Origin: Candidatus Magasanikbacteria bacterium RIFOXYC2_FULL_42_28
GTDB taxonomy: Bacteria > Patescibacteriota > Patescibacteriia > Magasanikbacterales > GWA2-37-8
DNA: 64,000 nucleotides
Direction: 5' to 3'
NCBI GenBank assembly: GCA_001784435.1
Contig: MFQZ01000001.1
Coordinates: forward strand, 16,032 to 80,031
The notes under the pieces are model-generated. The model was not told the origin of the DNA. It ran no database searches and saw only the letters and a list, made by a program, of their open reading frames with translations. Positions 47,987 to 57,614 of this stretch are shown here, piece by piece. The translations under genes and the position numbers were made by a program. The stretch's first letter is position 1. Every line of letters begins with the position of its first letter.

Positions 47987-50900
47987 TTATTCAATTACTT
48001 TTTTTAATTCCCAAAAACGATTGCTGCCTTTTACTAACAACTCATTAATTAAATTAACAACACCGTCTTTAGTTTGTGAATTTTTATACAATGTTTTTAA
48101 TGCCGTTGTGATACTATCGCCATAAAGAGAATAAGCAAAATAACCAGGCCCAGCGACCACTTGTTGCATCAAATAAAGCTCCAAAATTATTAAAGTGTCT
48201 TCCGGCGCGGCATTGGCAAAATCCGGCAATCTATTGATGACGCCATGTTCCCATTCAATGTCGCCGTTACTTTTTTCCAACGATTGTTTAAAGTGCAAAA
48301 CCAACCATTTTAAATCTGTAAACAATCTTTGTTTTTCTCCAACCCAAAAACCAAAATAAGCAAAAATTTCATTTTCGCCGTCAATGGGGTTTGCCAAAAT
48401 CCAATCCCACAGGTTACTTAATTTCCCCCTAATAACATCCGCGTTAATTTTATTAACCAACATAAATTCAGCCGGATCATCACGGGATATGAAATGTCGC
48501 CCAATATACGATACGAACTCGCCGTGGCGTTTTTGTCCGGCTGTGTCCCAAAACAATTTAAATATTGGTGAATTAAAATCAAAATTACCATAATGAACAT
48601 AAGCCAAAGCCAAATGAATAGCCAGCCCTTCATCTAATTCTTTGGAATAATGACGCTTGGTATATTCGTTACTTGGCATTTCAATCAAGCGTTTATAAAT
48701 ATTACTCAAATCATCAAATAATTCTTCATACAAATCAGCAGTTAAATAACCCTCAACCGCGGCCAAAAATAAATCCTTTTTTGCTAGCGCAGACGAAAAT
48801 ATTTTGGGAATCATCTTTTTCATCCATTCTTTATCACGATAATAAAAAGTCGGAAGATAACGACCAAATAAAAACATTACCGCGCGAGTATTTTCTATTT
48901 CTAAAATTTGCTCATAAATCTTTTTAACATCTTCGCTAATCTTGGCTATATCTTCTTTGGTAAAATTATTTTTCCCGTCCAAATACACAAATAATGCCAA
49001 CGATTCAAACGCGCGGCCACGGACAGAATTAATAGCGTGAGTGAACGGATCACTGCCGTTTTCAACATTCTCACTTTCTGGATCAGGGTCAGAATGGCGG
49101 AGTAAATATGAAATTATAGCAAGGATCCGTTTCCTATTCTTTTTGAAATCAATCAATTGACCGCTATGTTTACCTGATAAGATAATTTTTAATAACTCGG
49201 AAATTTCACCATGCACGCCCGCCCAATCGACCAACCATGTGCTACCAAGCTCTGCCCTGCCTTTACGCACGCTTAAAAATTGTGTTAGCGCAGAAGAACT
49301 TTTGATAACATCAAACAAATCTAATAGTTTTTCCAAATCGAGGCCGCCACTATACTCGTCTTGACGAATAACTGCTTCAATGCCGTGTAAAAATGAATAG
49401 GTATAATGCTGATCTAAAATATCTCTCTGAAAAAATAAATTAGCATTATCAAGATATGCCCCCGGTCTTTTGGCAATATCCTGCACGAGCATATTGCCCA
49501 TACCGTCGGCACTTAGTGGATTTAAAAAATTCCGTTCTCCATCTTTTTTATATAAACTCTCCGGCGACCATTCCGATAATAATTTATCCACCATCGTTGA
49601 TATTTCCATTTTATTCAACTCCGGCAAATCTATCGGAGCACGCGGTCTGACCATTCCGCCAGTAACAGGTCCGTATCCTGCAATAGGTTCAAATTTTTGA
49701 TCTAATTCTTTGTCAAAAATTTGTTTCGCCATATTTTTTTTCACATCTGTCAAATTATCAAATATACTAGACAGGATTTCCCAGCCATCACTTTTATACA
49801 TTGTTTCATCTTTTTTATCTGTCCGCTCTTTACCGAAATAATTAAAAACCTGCTTAACGTATTCTTCTTTGTCTGTTTTGTCTAAATCAAAAAAGCATTT
49901 ATTTAAGGCATGACAATATTCTGGACTATACAACTCATAATATTTTTCTTCATCAGCGAATATATCAAAAAAAGCTTTTTTCAATTCATCTTTAAACACT
50001 TCCGGACACAAGCTCCATATAAAAAGACGGAAACGATAAAACGATTGAGTATTTGGCAAATTTTTTATATACAAACCATGCAATCTTTGGGCATCGTCGC
50101 ATTTTCCATTGAATAAGGACTTCGCTAATTTGGTAATTGTCGCTGCTAAATCGTGTACATTATCACGCAATGAAAGATGGGCTTTGATATTTAAATCAAG
50201 CACAAAAAAATCAACATCAAACAGATAATAATTTTCTTTGGCATCAAAATATTTACTATCTGATCTGCCGGAAGAAACTGCAATATCTTTTAAAATATTC
50301 AAAAGTAATTTAAATGTCCGCTCTACATAATCGTCGTCTATCAAACTAAGATAATTAAATACTTTTGTATGCTCTAAATCGTTAATATAAAAAGGATTAT
50401 CAGAAAAATTATTGGTTTTATCTCGTTCGGCTTGGCTACGAATTGTTAGCACCGCCTCGGCCAATTCTAACAATCCGCTGTATTCTTTTGCTACAGACAA
50501 TTCTTTGAGTATTTCTTCATATTCAAATCCCCACCGACTAAACGGTGCCAACAGTTTCACCCATTCATTATTCTTTATCATTCCTGTTAATTTTACAATT
50601 TGCGCAGCTGGTAATTTGGAACAAATATGCAAAAAAATATCAACTACTTCCGGATTAAAATTTTTGACCGACATGCTGACAGTCAAAATTATATCCGCGA
50701 CTTTTTCTGGATTATTTTCTGCCATTCGCTCTAAATATCCTAACTCTGGTAAGGAATATGAATATCTAGTTGGATCTGCAGATTTTTGTTTTATAGCGTT
50801 TAAAAAACCGCCATTCCACAACCAGTCAAGCCAACGTTCGTCGGCTTTTGTAAAAAAATATCTATATGCGTCCGAATTAAAAGATAAAATTAAAAAAACT

Positions 50901-51532
50901 CTATCAGCATCAACAAAAAGCGGATCGCAGACAAGAATCCTATCAATTATATTATGAATTGAAATTTGTTGAGGCAGCAATACACACCAAACATTTGTCA
51001 AAATAACAACCAATTTTTTAAAATGAGTGTAGCCAAATTTTGACACATCATAAAGTTCAACTTGTAAATTGTTAATTTTCTTAATAAAATCACTATGTTT
51101 CGACGAATCTCTAAAGTGGTGCGCAATTTGTGTAAAAATAAAATATAAGTCATTCAGAGTAGTAGCAATCTCATCTATCTGCTCCTCGTTGCTATCGATT
51201 TTATTTTCGGCAATTATTTTTTTCAAAAAATCTTTTCTATGCATCTCTCGACTTTCTTTTGGCAGATTGATAATATCATTTTTATACTGATAGAGAATTT
51301 CTCTTAATGAGTGGGCAGCTTGTGATAGATAATCTGGGTTCTTGGAACGATTATTATCGTTTAGTAAAAAAATAGCACCTCTATACAAAATAGATGGTGC
51401 GATAGCAGGACAAAAAATACTGACCCTATTCAGTTTATCCAAATATGATACCAACCACTCGATTTTTTCTTTAGGAATAAAATCTCCACGATCAGAAATA
51501 GCGTCCTTTAATTCGCTGTTCATAATTACCAC
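47987..51532 (-). CDS. Large hypothetical protein, candidate defence factor
   Basis: 1181 aa, alpha-helical; N-terminal NPD.LSQAAHSLREIL...IAHH and YFF....WLDWL...GF motifs. Confidence 0.6.
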   Translation of the reverse strand: MVIMNSELKDAISDRGDFIPKEKIEWLVSYLDKLNRVSIFCPAIAPSILYRGAIFLLNDNNRSKNPDYLSQAAHSLREILYQYKNDIINLPKESREMHRKDFLKKIIAENKIDSNEEQIDEIATTLNDLYFIFTQIAHHFRDSSKHSDFIKKINNLQVELYDVSKFGYTHFKKLVVILTNVWCVLLPQQISIHNIIDRILVCDPLFVDADRVFLILSFNSDAYRYFFTKADERWLDWLWNGGFLNAIKQKSADPTRYSYSLPELGYLERMAENNPEKVADIILTVSMSVKNFNPEVVDIFLHICSKLPAAQIVKLTGMIKNNEWVKLLAPFSRWGFEYEEILKELSVAKEYSGLLELAEAVLTIRSQAERDKTNNFSDNPFYINDLEHTKVFNYLSLIDDDYVERTFKLLLNILKDIAVSSGRSDSKYFDAKENYYLFDVDFFVLDLNIKAHLSLRDNVHDLAATITKLAKSLFNGKCDDAQRLHGLYIKNLPNTQSFYRFRLFIWSLCPEVFKDELKKAFFDIFADEEKYYELYSPEYCHALNKCFFDLDKTDKEEYVKQVFNYFGKERTDKKDETMYKSDGWEILSSIFDNLTDVKKNMAKQIFDKELDQKFEPIAGYGPVTGGMVRPRAPIDLPELNKMEISTMVDKLLSEWSPESLYKKDGERNFLNPLSADGMGNMLVQDIAKRPGAYLDNANLFFQRDILDQHYTYSFLHGIEAVIRQDEYSGGLDLEKLLDLFDVIKSSSALTQFLSVRKGRAELGSTWLVDWAGVHGEISELLKIILSGKHSGQLIDFKKNRKRILAIISYLLRHSDPDPESENVENGSDPFTHAINSVRGRAFESLALFVYLDGKNNFTKEDIAKISEDVKKIYEQILEIENTRAVMFLFGRYLPTFYYRDKEWMKKMIPKIFSSALAKKDLFLAAVEGYLTADLYEELFDDLSNIYKRLIEMPSNEYTKRHYSKELDEGLAIHLALAYVHYGNFDFNSPIFKLFWDTAGQKRHGEFVSYIGRHFISRDDPAEFMLVNKINADVIRGKLSNLWDWILANPIDGENEIFAYFGFWVGEKQRLFTDLKWLVLHFKQSLEKSNGDIEWEHGVINRLPDFANAAPEDTLIILELYLMQQVVAGPGYFAYSLYGDSITTALKTLYKNSQTKDGVVNLINELLVKGSNRFWELKKVIE

Positions 51533-51595
51533 GTTGTTTTATTTATTTTAGCCATTATTGTGTTCCAACATTTTTTGGTAACAATATCTATATTT

Positions 51596-52654
51596 TTACC
51601 AACTGCCAGCTGTCTTAAGTTTAAAATAGCCCCGCTCTTTAATAAAAGGCAATAGCTCAGAATTAGACGGGAACTCTAAATTAAATTCTCTCTCAACGTC
51701 TCTTAGTAAAAACTTACCGAGATTATTCCTGTATTTATCACTTAAACAAATTTTATACCACTGATCCAGATCGTTCATGGTAATAATGCCTTGAATTTTT
51801 TCGCCCCAGCCCACTTGGGATAATAAGTTTTCTATCGCGGTTTTTTCAGAATCAACACAAACTACCACTATCCTATCGGCGGCAATTCCAGTGGCCACAT
51901 CTTCTATAATTTCAGGTGTCAACGTCAAATGTTTTACCTGGACAGCCAAACCAAAATTAGCCCACATATCCAAACCCCTGTCAGCAGCATTGGCCACGCC
52001 AGCCCTATATAAAGCCGCCGGCAATGTTATTTTGGTATTTTTAGCATCAATTCCCAAAACCATTTTAATAAAAGGCTCAAAATCTTGAAGAAGCTGCTTA
52101 TTGTCATTTAAAATTTCCAAAGTTATTTGCGCGCGCAATGCCCTAACAATTGTAGAAAATAGGGCATAAACTAAAATCTCATAAATTTTATCCGTGCTTC
52201 TTTTTAATCCAGGATCTAAAACAAAAAAATTGACTAACTTTTTTAAATCAAAAGTTGAAGCCGTTGACTTGCTAACATATAAATTCACATCGTGCACAGA
52301 AGACAATCTGGTGTTAAGGGCGTTGTAAATATAGGCCTCCACCAATCCACTTTCCCGTTTATTAAAATTCCCTAAATCACGCAATAAACTTGGCGGTATT
52401 GCGTTAATCTCAAAAATGTTATCCTGAAATTTTTGGCTTGACGTGCAAACTCTGCCGACCAAACGACCAGAAACCTCATCTCGCCATTTTTTTGAAACAT
52501 TGCGATAAGATTCCAAATCAAGAAGAACCCAACGTCTTTTGTCCGTTCTATGGTGAAATAAAATTTCAGCAATTTGAATTGGTTTGTACAAATGAACGCG
52601 TGATTTGCGTATTATTGTATCAAGCGCATTTTTTGCGATATTAATTTTAGGCAT
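51596..52654 (-). CDS. Type II restriction endonuclease, HaeII-like
   Basis: KSRVHLYKPIQIAEIL, NAADRGLDMW, VQVKH; coupled to a C5 MTase. Confidence 0.82.
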   Translation of the reverse strand: MPKINIAKNALDTIIRKSRVHLYKPIQIAEILFHHRTDKRRWVLLDLESYRNVSKKWRDEVSGRLVGRVCTSSQKFQDNIFEINAIPPSLLRDLGNFNKRESGLVEAYIYNALNTRLSSVHDVNLYVSKSTASTFDLKKLVNFFVLDPGLKRSTDKIYEILVYALFSTIVRALRAQITLEILNDNKQLLQDFEPFIKMVLGIDAKNTKITLPAALYRAGVANAADRGLDMWANFGLAVQVKHLTLTPEIIEDVATGIAADRIVVVCVDSEKTAIENLLSQVGWGEKIQGIITMNDLDQWYKICLSDKYRNNLGKFLLRDVEREFNLEFPSNSELLPFIKERGYFKLKTAGSW

Positions 52655-54422
52655 ACACTCTTTCTTTTTTTATAATTAATGAGTCAATTTTAGAAGATTC
52701 TCTTACTGGCATTTTTTTCATTGCTTCTACCATCGCGCGAGCAACCGCTTGAATTTTTGGAACGACAACGCTATTACCGGCCTGCTTCCGCGCTTGTGTA
52801 TCAGGAACAACAATACGAAAAGTATCTGGAAAACCTTGGAGACGCAACAGCTCTCTTGGTGTCAAACGTCTTTCCCCATTAACTGTCAGATAATTATAAG
52901 AACCGTTGGCTCTTAAGGCACACGAGTATGGGTGCATTCCGATATTACCACCCTTATTTTCATGCCAGACAGACGGCTTTGGTGCCGGCACTTTCCCCTG
53001 CTCTACCAACCTCTTCTGCAATTTTTGTTTAAAACTTTCACTCAAATAATGTTTTTTATCTATCTGACTTTTTGGTTCCAAAATATCAGATAGCGTTTTC
53101 GTCTCTGAAACACCCGTGGGAAACTCAAAAGGATAATTTTCCTTGAAACCAACTATGATTATACGCTCTCTTTTCTGCGGGACACCAAAGTCAAGACCGT
53201 TGAGAACATTAAAGTGAACAAAGTATCCCAAACTTTTCAAAGATTCTATAATTATTTTAAATGTGCGCCCATCATCATGCGAAGTTAATTGTTTAACATT
53301 CTCCAACAAAAAAGCTTTCGGCTGTTTGGCTTTTAATATTCTTTCAACATCAAAAAATAAAGTGCCGCGAGTATCAGCGAACCCTCGTTTTTTGCCAATT
53401 ATACTAAACGCTTGGCAGGGAAAACCGCCGGTGAGGATATCGTGATCAGGTATTTCGTCCGCAGAAATTTTTGTTATATCTCCGTGTGGTTTATCCCCAA
53501 AATTTGCTTCATACATAACTTGACACGGCTCATCAAATTCGGATGTAAATACACACTTGCCGCCATTGCGTTCAAAAGCAATTCTGACACCGCCGATGCC
53601 AGCGAATAAATCTATAAAACGAAATGAGTTATTGTCGGTTGAAAAATCATCATTCAAATTACTTTTATAAAAATATGCTCGTCTTGTGTCTGTAAGTAGA
53701 CTAAACAAAGAAACTTGCAAACCTTCCGCGACATACTCGGCATTAACAAATTCTGTATTATTTATTTCAGCTAATACGCTATGTGCGTGGTCTTTTGACA
53801 CTATAATAAAATCATCAACATTAACACCCATTAATTGTCCGGCCTCGGCAATTCTTTTAACTACCTGCTTGTCTTCATCACTTGGACTCACATCACCGGA
53901 AGGGTGATTATGAATAACAATCACGCTCGCGGCTCGAAGTTCTATCGCCAGTGCAAAAATTTCGCGAGGGTGAACAATATTTTTATCAAGCGTCCCAATA
54001 AAAATTGTTTCTTTCTTTATCAATGCTTTGCGCGCATTTAAATACAAACAAACAAGATGTTCTTGTTTTTTATCTTTCAAATCGGCGACTAATTTAACCG
54101 CATCTTTTGCAGATAGAACCAAATCATCGGGAGCATTTTGTCTGTCATTAAGTCTTTTTGCAAGTGCCACCATGGAAAGAATCTGTAAGGCCTTTGCCTG
54201 TCCGATTCCGTGAATCTTCATTAAATCTTCAACCGAGACATTTATCAAATTATCACCAAACTTTTTAAGAATTTTTTGCGCCAAAACTTTAACGTTAACA
54301 TTTTTGGTGCCGCTTCCAAGTTGAATAGCTAAAAGTTCACCATCGGTTAAGGCATCTGGTCCTTTTTCTAAAAATTTTTCTCTGGGGCGGTCAAATTTTG
54401 GTGTATCTTTTAATTTTGTCAT
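52647..54422 (-). CDS. RadC (JAB) domain fused to a DNA cytosine-5 methyltransferase
   Basis: RPREK...L.D.ELLA, HPREIF, HNHPSG...S..D; then DLFAGIGG, GFPCQ, LENV, PQKRER, QAGNSV in one frame. Confidence 0.9.
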   Translation of the reverse strand: MTKLKDTPKFDRPREKFLEKGPDALTDGELLAIQLGSGTKNVNVKVLAQKILKKFGDNLINVSVEDLMKIHGIGQAKALQILSMVALAKRLNDRQNAPDDLVLSAKDAVKLVADLKDKKQEHLVCLYLNARKALIKKETIFIGTLDKNIVHPREIFALAIELRAASVIVIHNHPSGDVSPSDEDKQVVKRIAEAGQLMGVNVDDFIIVSKDHAHSVLAEINNTEFVNAEYVAEGLQVSLFSLLTDTRRAYFYKSNLNDDFSTDNNSFRFIDLFAGIGGVRIAFERNGGKCVFTSEFDEPCQVMYEANFGDKPHGDITKISADEIPDHDILTGGFPCQAFSIIGKKRGFADTRGTLFFDVERILKAKQPKAFLLENVKQLTSHDDGRTFKIIIESLKSLGYFVHFNVLNGLDFGVPQKRERIIIVGFKENYPFEFPTGVSETKTLSDILEPKSQIDKKHYLSESFKQKLQKRLVEQGKVPAPKPSVWHENKGGNIGMHPYSCALRANGSYNYLTVNGERRLTPRELLRLQGFPDTFRIVVPDTQARKQAGNSVVVPKIQAVARAMVEAMKKMPVRESSKIDSLIIKKERVYA

Positions 54423-54624
54423 AATTTAAAAAACCTGCCAATGCTTATAAAAATCTACAATGCATATGCCGACCGTTTGTGGCCATTTAGTCGGTGAGTG
54501 TAATTTGGTACCCAGACGATAATATTCTACCACAATTCGCCAAACCAATCAACAACGAAGGGATGATTGCTTTTGACCAATTAGTTGCGTTAATTGAGAT
54601 AATAAACCGCAATAATTTATCCTA

Positions 54625-54644
54625 ATTTAAATATATATTTAAAT
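54625..54644. repeat. Palindrome ATTTAAA-TATATA-TTTAAAT at the inner edge of the right island end
   Basis: Exact 20-mer also at 16525 and 47481. Confidence 0.75.
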
Positions 54645-54936
54645 ACTAATACGCCCCACACACCGCCCACCCAAACAAGCCCGCCCAATACACCCACCCG
54701 CCTCTGGCGGGGACAAGCAAAAAGTAATTTTCAATACAAACGGACAGGGGGGGCTGGTCGCGGACAATTTGCCACGACTTGGTCGGGGCAAACGGGTTCG
54801 CGGTTTCCGCTTTTTCTTTCAGAAAAAAACAAACTTGTTTGTTCGCCAGTCCGCTGGACTGGCAGGCGGAAACTCGATTGCTGGCCAATAATATTTTTTT
54901 CAAAAAAGGTTCGCACGTCGTTCAGTGACTGCGACA
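54636..54936 (-). repeat. Right ~300-bp structured inverted repeat (island end)
   Basis: Reverse-complement match to 40062-40361, with compensatory hairpin changes. Confidence 0.9.
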
Positions 54937-54972
54937 AAACAAAAAAGAAAGTGGGTGCTTTCTTTTTTGTTT
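54937..54972. terminator. Terminator after glutamine synthetase, resembling the one after tRNA-Pro(CGG)
   Basis: AAACAAAAAAGAAAG-loop-CTTTCTTTTTTGTTT. Confidence 0.75.
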
Positions 54973-54992
54973 GTTTTAAATTTTAATTTTAT

Positions 54993-56003
54993 CTACCCGC
55001 AAATCGTCTCAATCAGCTTAGCACAAACCTGATACGGATCCATATTGGCGGCCGGACGCCGATCTTCCAAATACCCCATCCCGCTATTGGCTGTGGCCAT
55101 TGGGATGCGAATAGACGCGCCCCGATCAGAAACGCCATAACGAAAATCCGTCATACTGGAAGTTTCGTGTTTGCCGGTTAGCCGTTCTTCGTTGTGAGCG
55201 CCGTAAACCGCGATGTGCTCGCTATGCTTTAATTTTAATTTCTCGCAAGCGGCTTTGACAACTTCAATTCCGCCCGGAGCACGCATCGCATTAGTAGAAA
55301 AATTAGTGTGCGCTCCCGCTCCGTTCCAATCCCCTTTTACCGGTTTGGGGTCAAGCGTGGCTGACACTTTAAAATCTTCGGCAACGCGATACAATAACCA
55401 CCGACAAAGCCACAGCTGGTCGGCGGCCGCGAGCGGTCCAAGTGGTCCCACTTGAAATTCCCACTGCCCGGGCATAACTTCGGAATTGATACCAGAAAGC
55501 GTGATACCGGCTTTTAAACACAGCTCCATGTGTTTCTCTACAATCGGCCGGCCAAACACTTCATCCGCGCCCACACCGCAATAATATCCGCCCTGCGGGG
55601 CCGGGAAACCATTGCTGGGCCAACCCAGAGGTTTGACGCCCTCAAAAAAAGTATATTCTTGTTCAATACCAAACCAACTGTCATGACTTTTAAATTCTTC
55701 GGCTACGCCACGCAAATGCGCGCGGGTATTGCTCACGTGCACTGAACCATCAGCATTTAACACTTCACATAATACCAAAATATTTTCCCCGCCGCGAATG
55801 GGATCAGGAATATAAGTAGCGGGCTTTAATTGGCAGTCACTAAAATGACCTTCGGCCTGATAGGTACTGGAACCATCAAATCCCCAATCCGGTAAATCAG
55901 CCAAAGAACGAACCGGCCCATCCACGATTTTCGTTTTTGAGCGTAATTTGGCGCTGGGCTTTTGCCCGTCCACCCAAATGTACTCGGCCATGATTTTGGA
56001 CAT
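54993..56003 (-). CDS. glnII: Glutamine synthetase type II
   Basis: 336 aa; AEYIWVDG, LRSKT, W.FDGSST, PQGGYYCGVG, EVMPGQWEFQVGP, DWNGAG.H, LEDRRPAAN.DPY. Confidence 0.92.
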   Translation of the reverse strand: MSKIMAEYIWVDGQKPSAKLRSKTKIVDGPVRSLADLPDWGFDGSSTYQAEGHFSDCQLKPATYIPDPIRGGENILVLCEVLNADGSVHVSNTRAHLRGVAEEFKSHDSWFGIEQEYTFFEGVKPLGWPSNGFPAPQGGYYCGVGADEVFGRPIVEKHMELCLKAGITLSGINSEVMPGQWEFQVGPLGPLAAADQLWLCRWLLYRVAEDFKVSATLDPKPVKGDWNGAGAHTNFSTNAMRAPGGIEVVKAACEKLKLKHSEHIAVYGAHNEERLTGKHETSSMTDFRYGVSDRGASIRIPMATANSGMGYLEDRRPAANMDPYQVCAKLIETICG

Positions 56004-56080
56004 ATTTTTTATATATTAAAAATTAATTTAAAAAGCGATTATGGAACAGTAGCATAGGTAGTGGCCTTTGCCAATAAAAG

Positions 56081-56089
56081 TTATCCACA
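56081..56089 (+). promoter_or_regulatory. Perfect DnaA box upstream of glutamine synthetase
   Basis: TTATCCACA. Confidence 0.35.
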
Positions 56090-56153
56090 GCCCAATATCT
56101 TGAATTAAAAAAAACAAAAAAGAGCATTAGCGGCTCTTTCTTCGCACAATATT

Positions 56154-56681
56154 TTATATTACCAACCGCATCGGCGACGGACGAGATGGCCTAGTTGTGG
56201 GCATAGGATTTCTTCCGCCAATACCGGATAGATTATTGGATTGCCGACCAAGCGGACTGGCGCTAACACGATGAGGGGGAGAAATAGTATCGGCTAACTG
56301 TGGTCGCGCCAAATGTAAGGCCGATGGTGTCTCTGCCGGTTTAACATCTGCCGACTTCTTGTAACGATCAACCACTTGCTTGGCCACTTTTAATTTATAA
56401 GCAGAAAAATTATGCGGGTCTTTCAGATGGTCGCTGGTTAATTTGTGCTTAATGGCCTTGGCTTGATAATCCGACAATCCACCCTGATATTTGACCGCTC
56501 TTTTAATTAGCGGGTTATCAAATTTATCGGTAATTTTACTAATAGAACCCTCGTCCAACACATTTAAAGTGCCACCCTGATGAGAAGCGTGCACCAATTT
56601 GGTATGCAAACTCATGTGCCCGCCGATATTGGTTCTGGCGCTAAAATTTTGTCCAATTTGGGGTAAATCTTTTAAACTCAT
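56154..56681 (-). CDS. Hypothetical protein
   Basis: 175-aa ORF with a Pro/Ser-rich tail, followed by a hairpin at 56116-56139. Confidence 0.5.
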   Translation of the reverse strand: MSLKDLPQIGQNFSARTNIGGHMSLHTKLVHASHQGGTLNVLDEGSISKITDKFDNPLIKRAVKYQGGLSDYQAKAIKHKLTSDHLKDPHNFSAYKLKVAKQVVDRYKKSADVKPAETPSALHLARPQLADTISPPHRVSASPLGRQSNNLSGIGGRNPMPTTRPSRPSPMRLVI

Positions 56682-56717
56682 AAACTTTAACTATTTTATT
56701 TAATATATTATAACAAA

Positions 56718-57614
56718 CTAAGCCAACGATGACAAATACGCCACCAGCGCTTCTTGCCAGGACCGCATTGGCTCGGTTTTGGTATTTAATAACACGGAAT
56801 ACAACGGACGTTTAGCGGCCCGCGGGAATTCACTTGCTAAAACCGGAATCAATTTTGGCTGTTTATTTAAAATTTTAAAAATCTCGCCGGCCCAGCCATA
56901 CCAATTACAGCTGCCGCTATTTACTCCATGATAAATACCATACGGCTTTTTTTGCTCTACTAAAAGACGAGTAAAATATGCCAAATCCAGAGAGTAAGTC
57001 GGGCAACCCTCTTCTTCGTTAACAACTTTGATCTTGCCATCATTTTTCTTTTCTACCATGATGTCCACAAAACTTTTTTTAGCATTGGCGGTTTTATCGC
57101 TCGGACCAAACAAACGCGACGGACGAATAACATAATATTTACCGCCCACGACTGCGACGAATTTTTCTCCTTCCCATTTGGATTGACCATACACGCTAAT
57201 GGGATCGGGCCTATCATTTTCAGCATACCCTTCTATTTTGTCACCCCGAAAAACATAATCCGAGGAATAATTAACAAATATCGCGCCGATTTCTTTGGAC
57301 GCCTTGGCCAATTTACCGGGCGTAAAAGAATTTAATTGAAAACACTTGGCCTTTTCTGCCTCATCGGTCTCGGCCTTATCAACGGCATTATAACCGGTAG
57401 CATTAATTATTATATCCGGTTTTTGCGCGATTACCCGTCGGCCAATTTGCGCGCTCGTAACATCGGCTTCGTTTCTATCCCAGCCGACCACAATATATTC
57501 CGGTAAATTAAACTCGGCCACAAGCGCTTGGCCTAAGGTACCCTGGCACCCTAAAATTAAAACTTTTTTTAGGGGCGTTTCAGCCGGCTTGGACAATTTT
57601 TTGGTATTCATCAT
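56718..57614 (-). CDS. rfbD: dTDP-4-dehydrorhamnose reductase
   Basis: G..GTLG, YNAVDKAE, SSDYVF, YGQSK, A.RP.YSVL. Confidence 0.92.
   Translation of the reverse strand: MMNTKKLSKPAETPLKKVLILGCQGTLGQALVAEFNLPEYIVVGWDRNEADVTSAQIGRRVIAQKPDIIINATGYNAVDKAETDEAEKAKCFQLNSFTPGKLAKASKEIGAIFVNYSSDYVFRGDKIEGYAENDRPDPISVYGQSKWEGEKFVAVVGGKYYVIRPSRLFGPSDKTANAKKSFVDIMVEKKNDGKIKVVNEEEGCPTYSLDLAYFTRLLVEQKKPYGIYHGVNSGSCNWYGWAGEIFKILNKQPKLIPVLASEFPRAAKRPLYSVLLNTKTEPMRSWQEALVAYLSSLA

Larger units (their letters stand above)
40062..54936. mobile_element. tRNA-Pro-associated accessory/defence island bounded by long inverted repeats; no recombinase inside
   Basis: Terminal inverted repeats, adjacency to a tRNA, RM/HNH/nuclease cargo, AT-rich genes. 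Confidence 0.7.

Noticed and set aside
54646-54937. 85-aa and 68-aa ORFs in the right repeat
   Set aside because: The frames are not preserved in the left copy (stop after IIGQ, indels), so they are probably non-coding
56081-56089. Replication origin
   Set aside because: A single DnaA box, with no cluster and no dnaA/dnaN nearby
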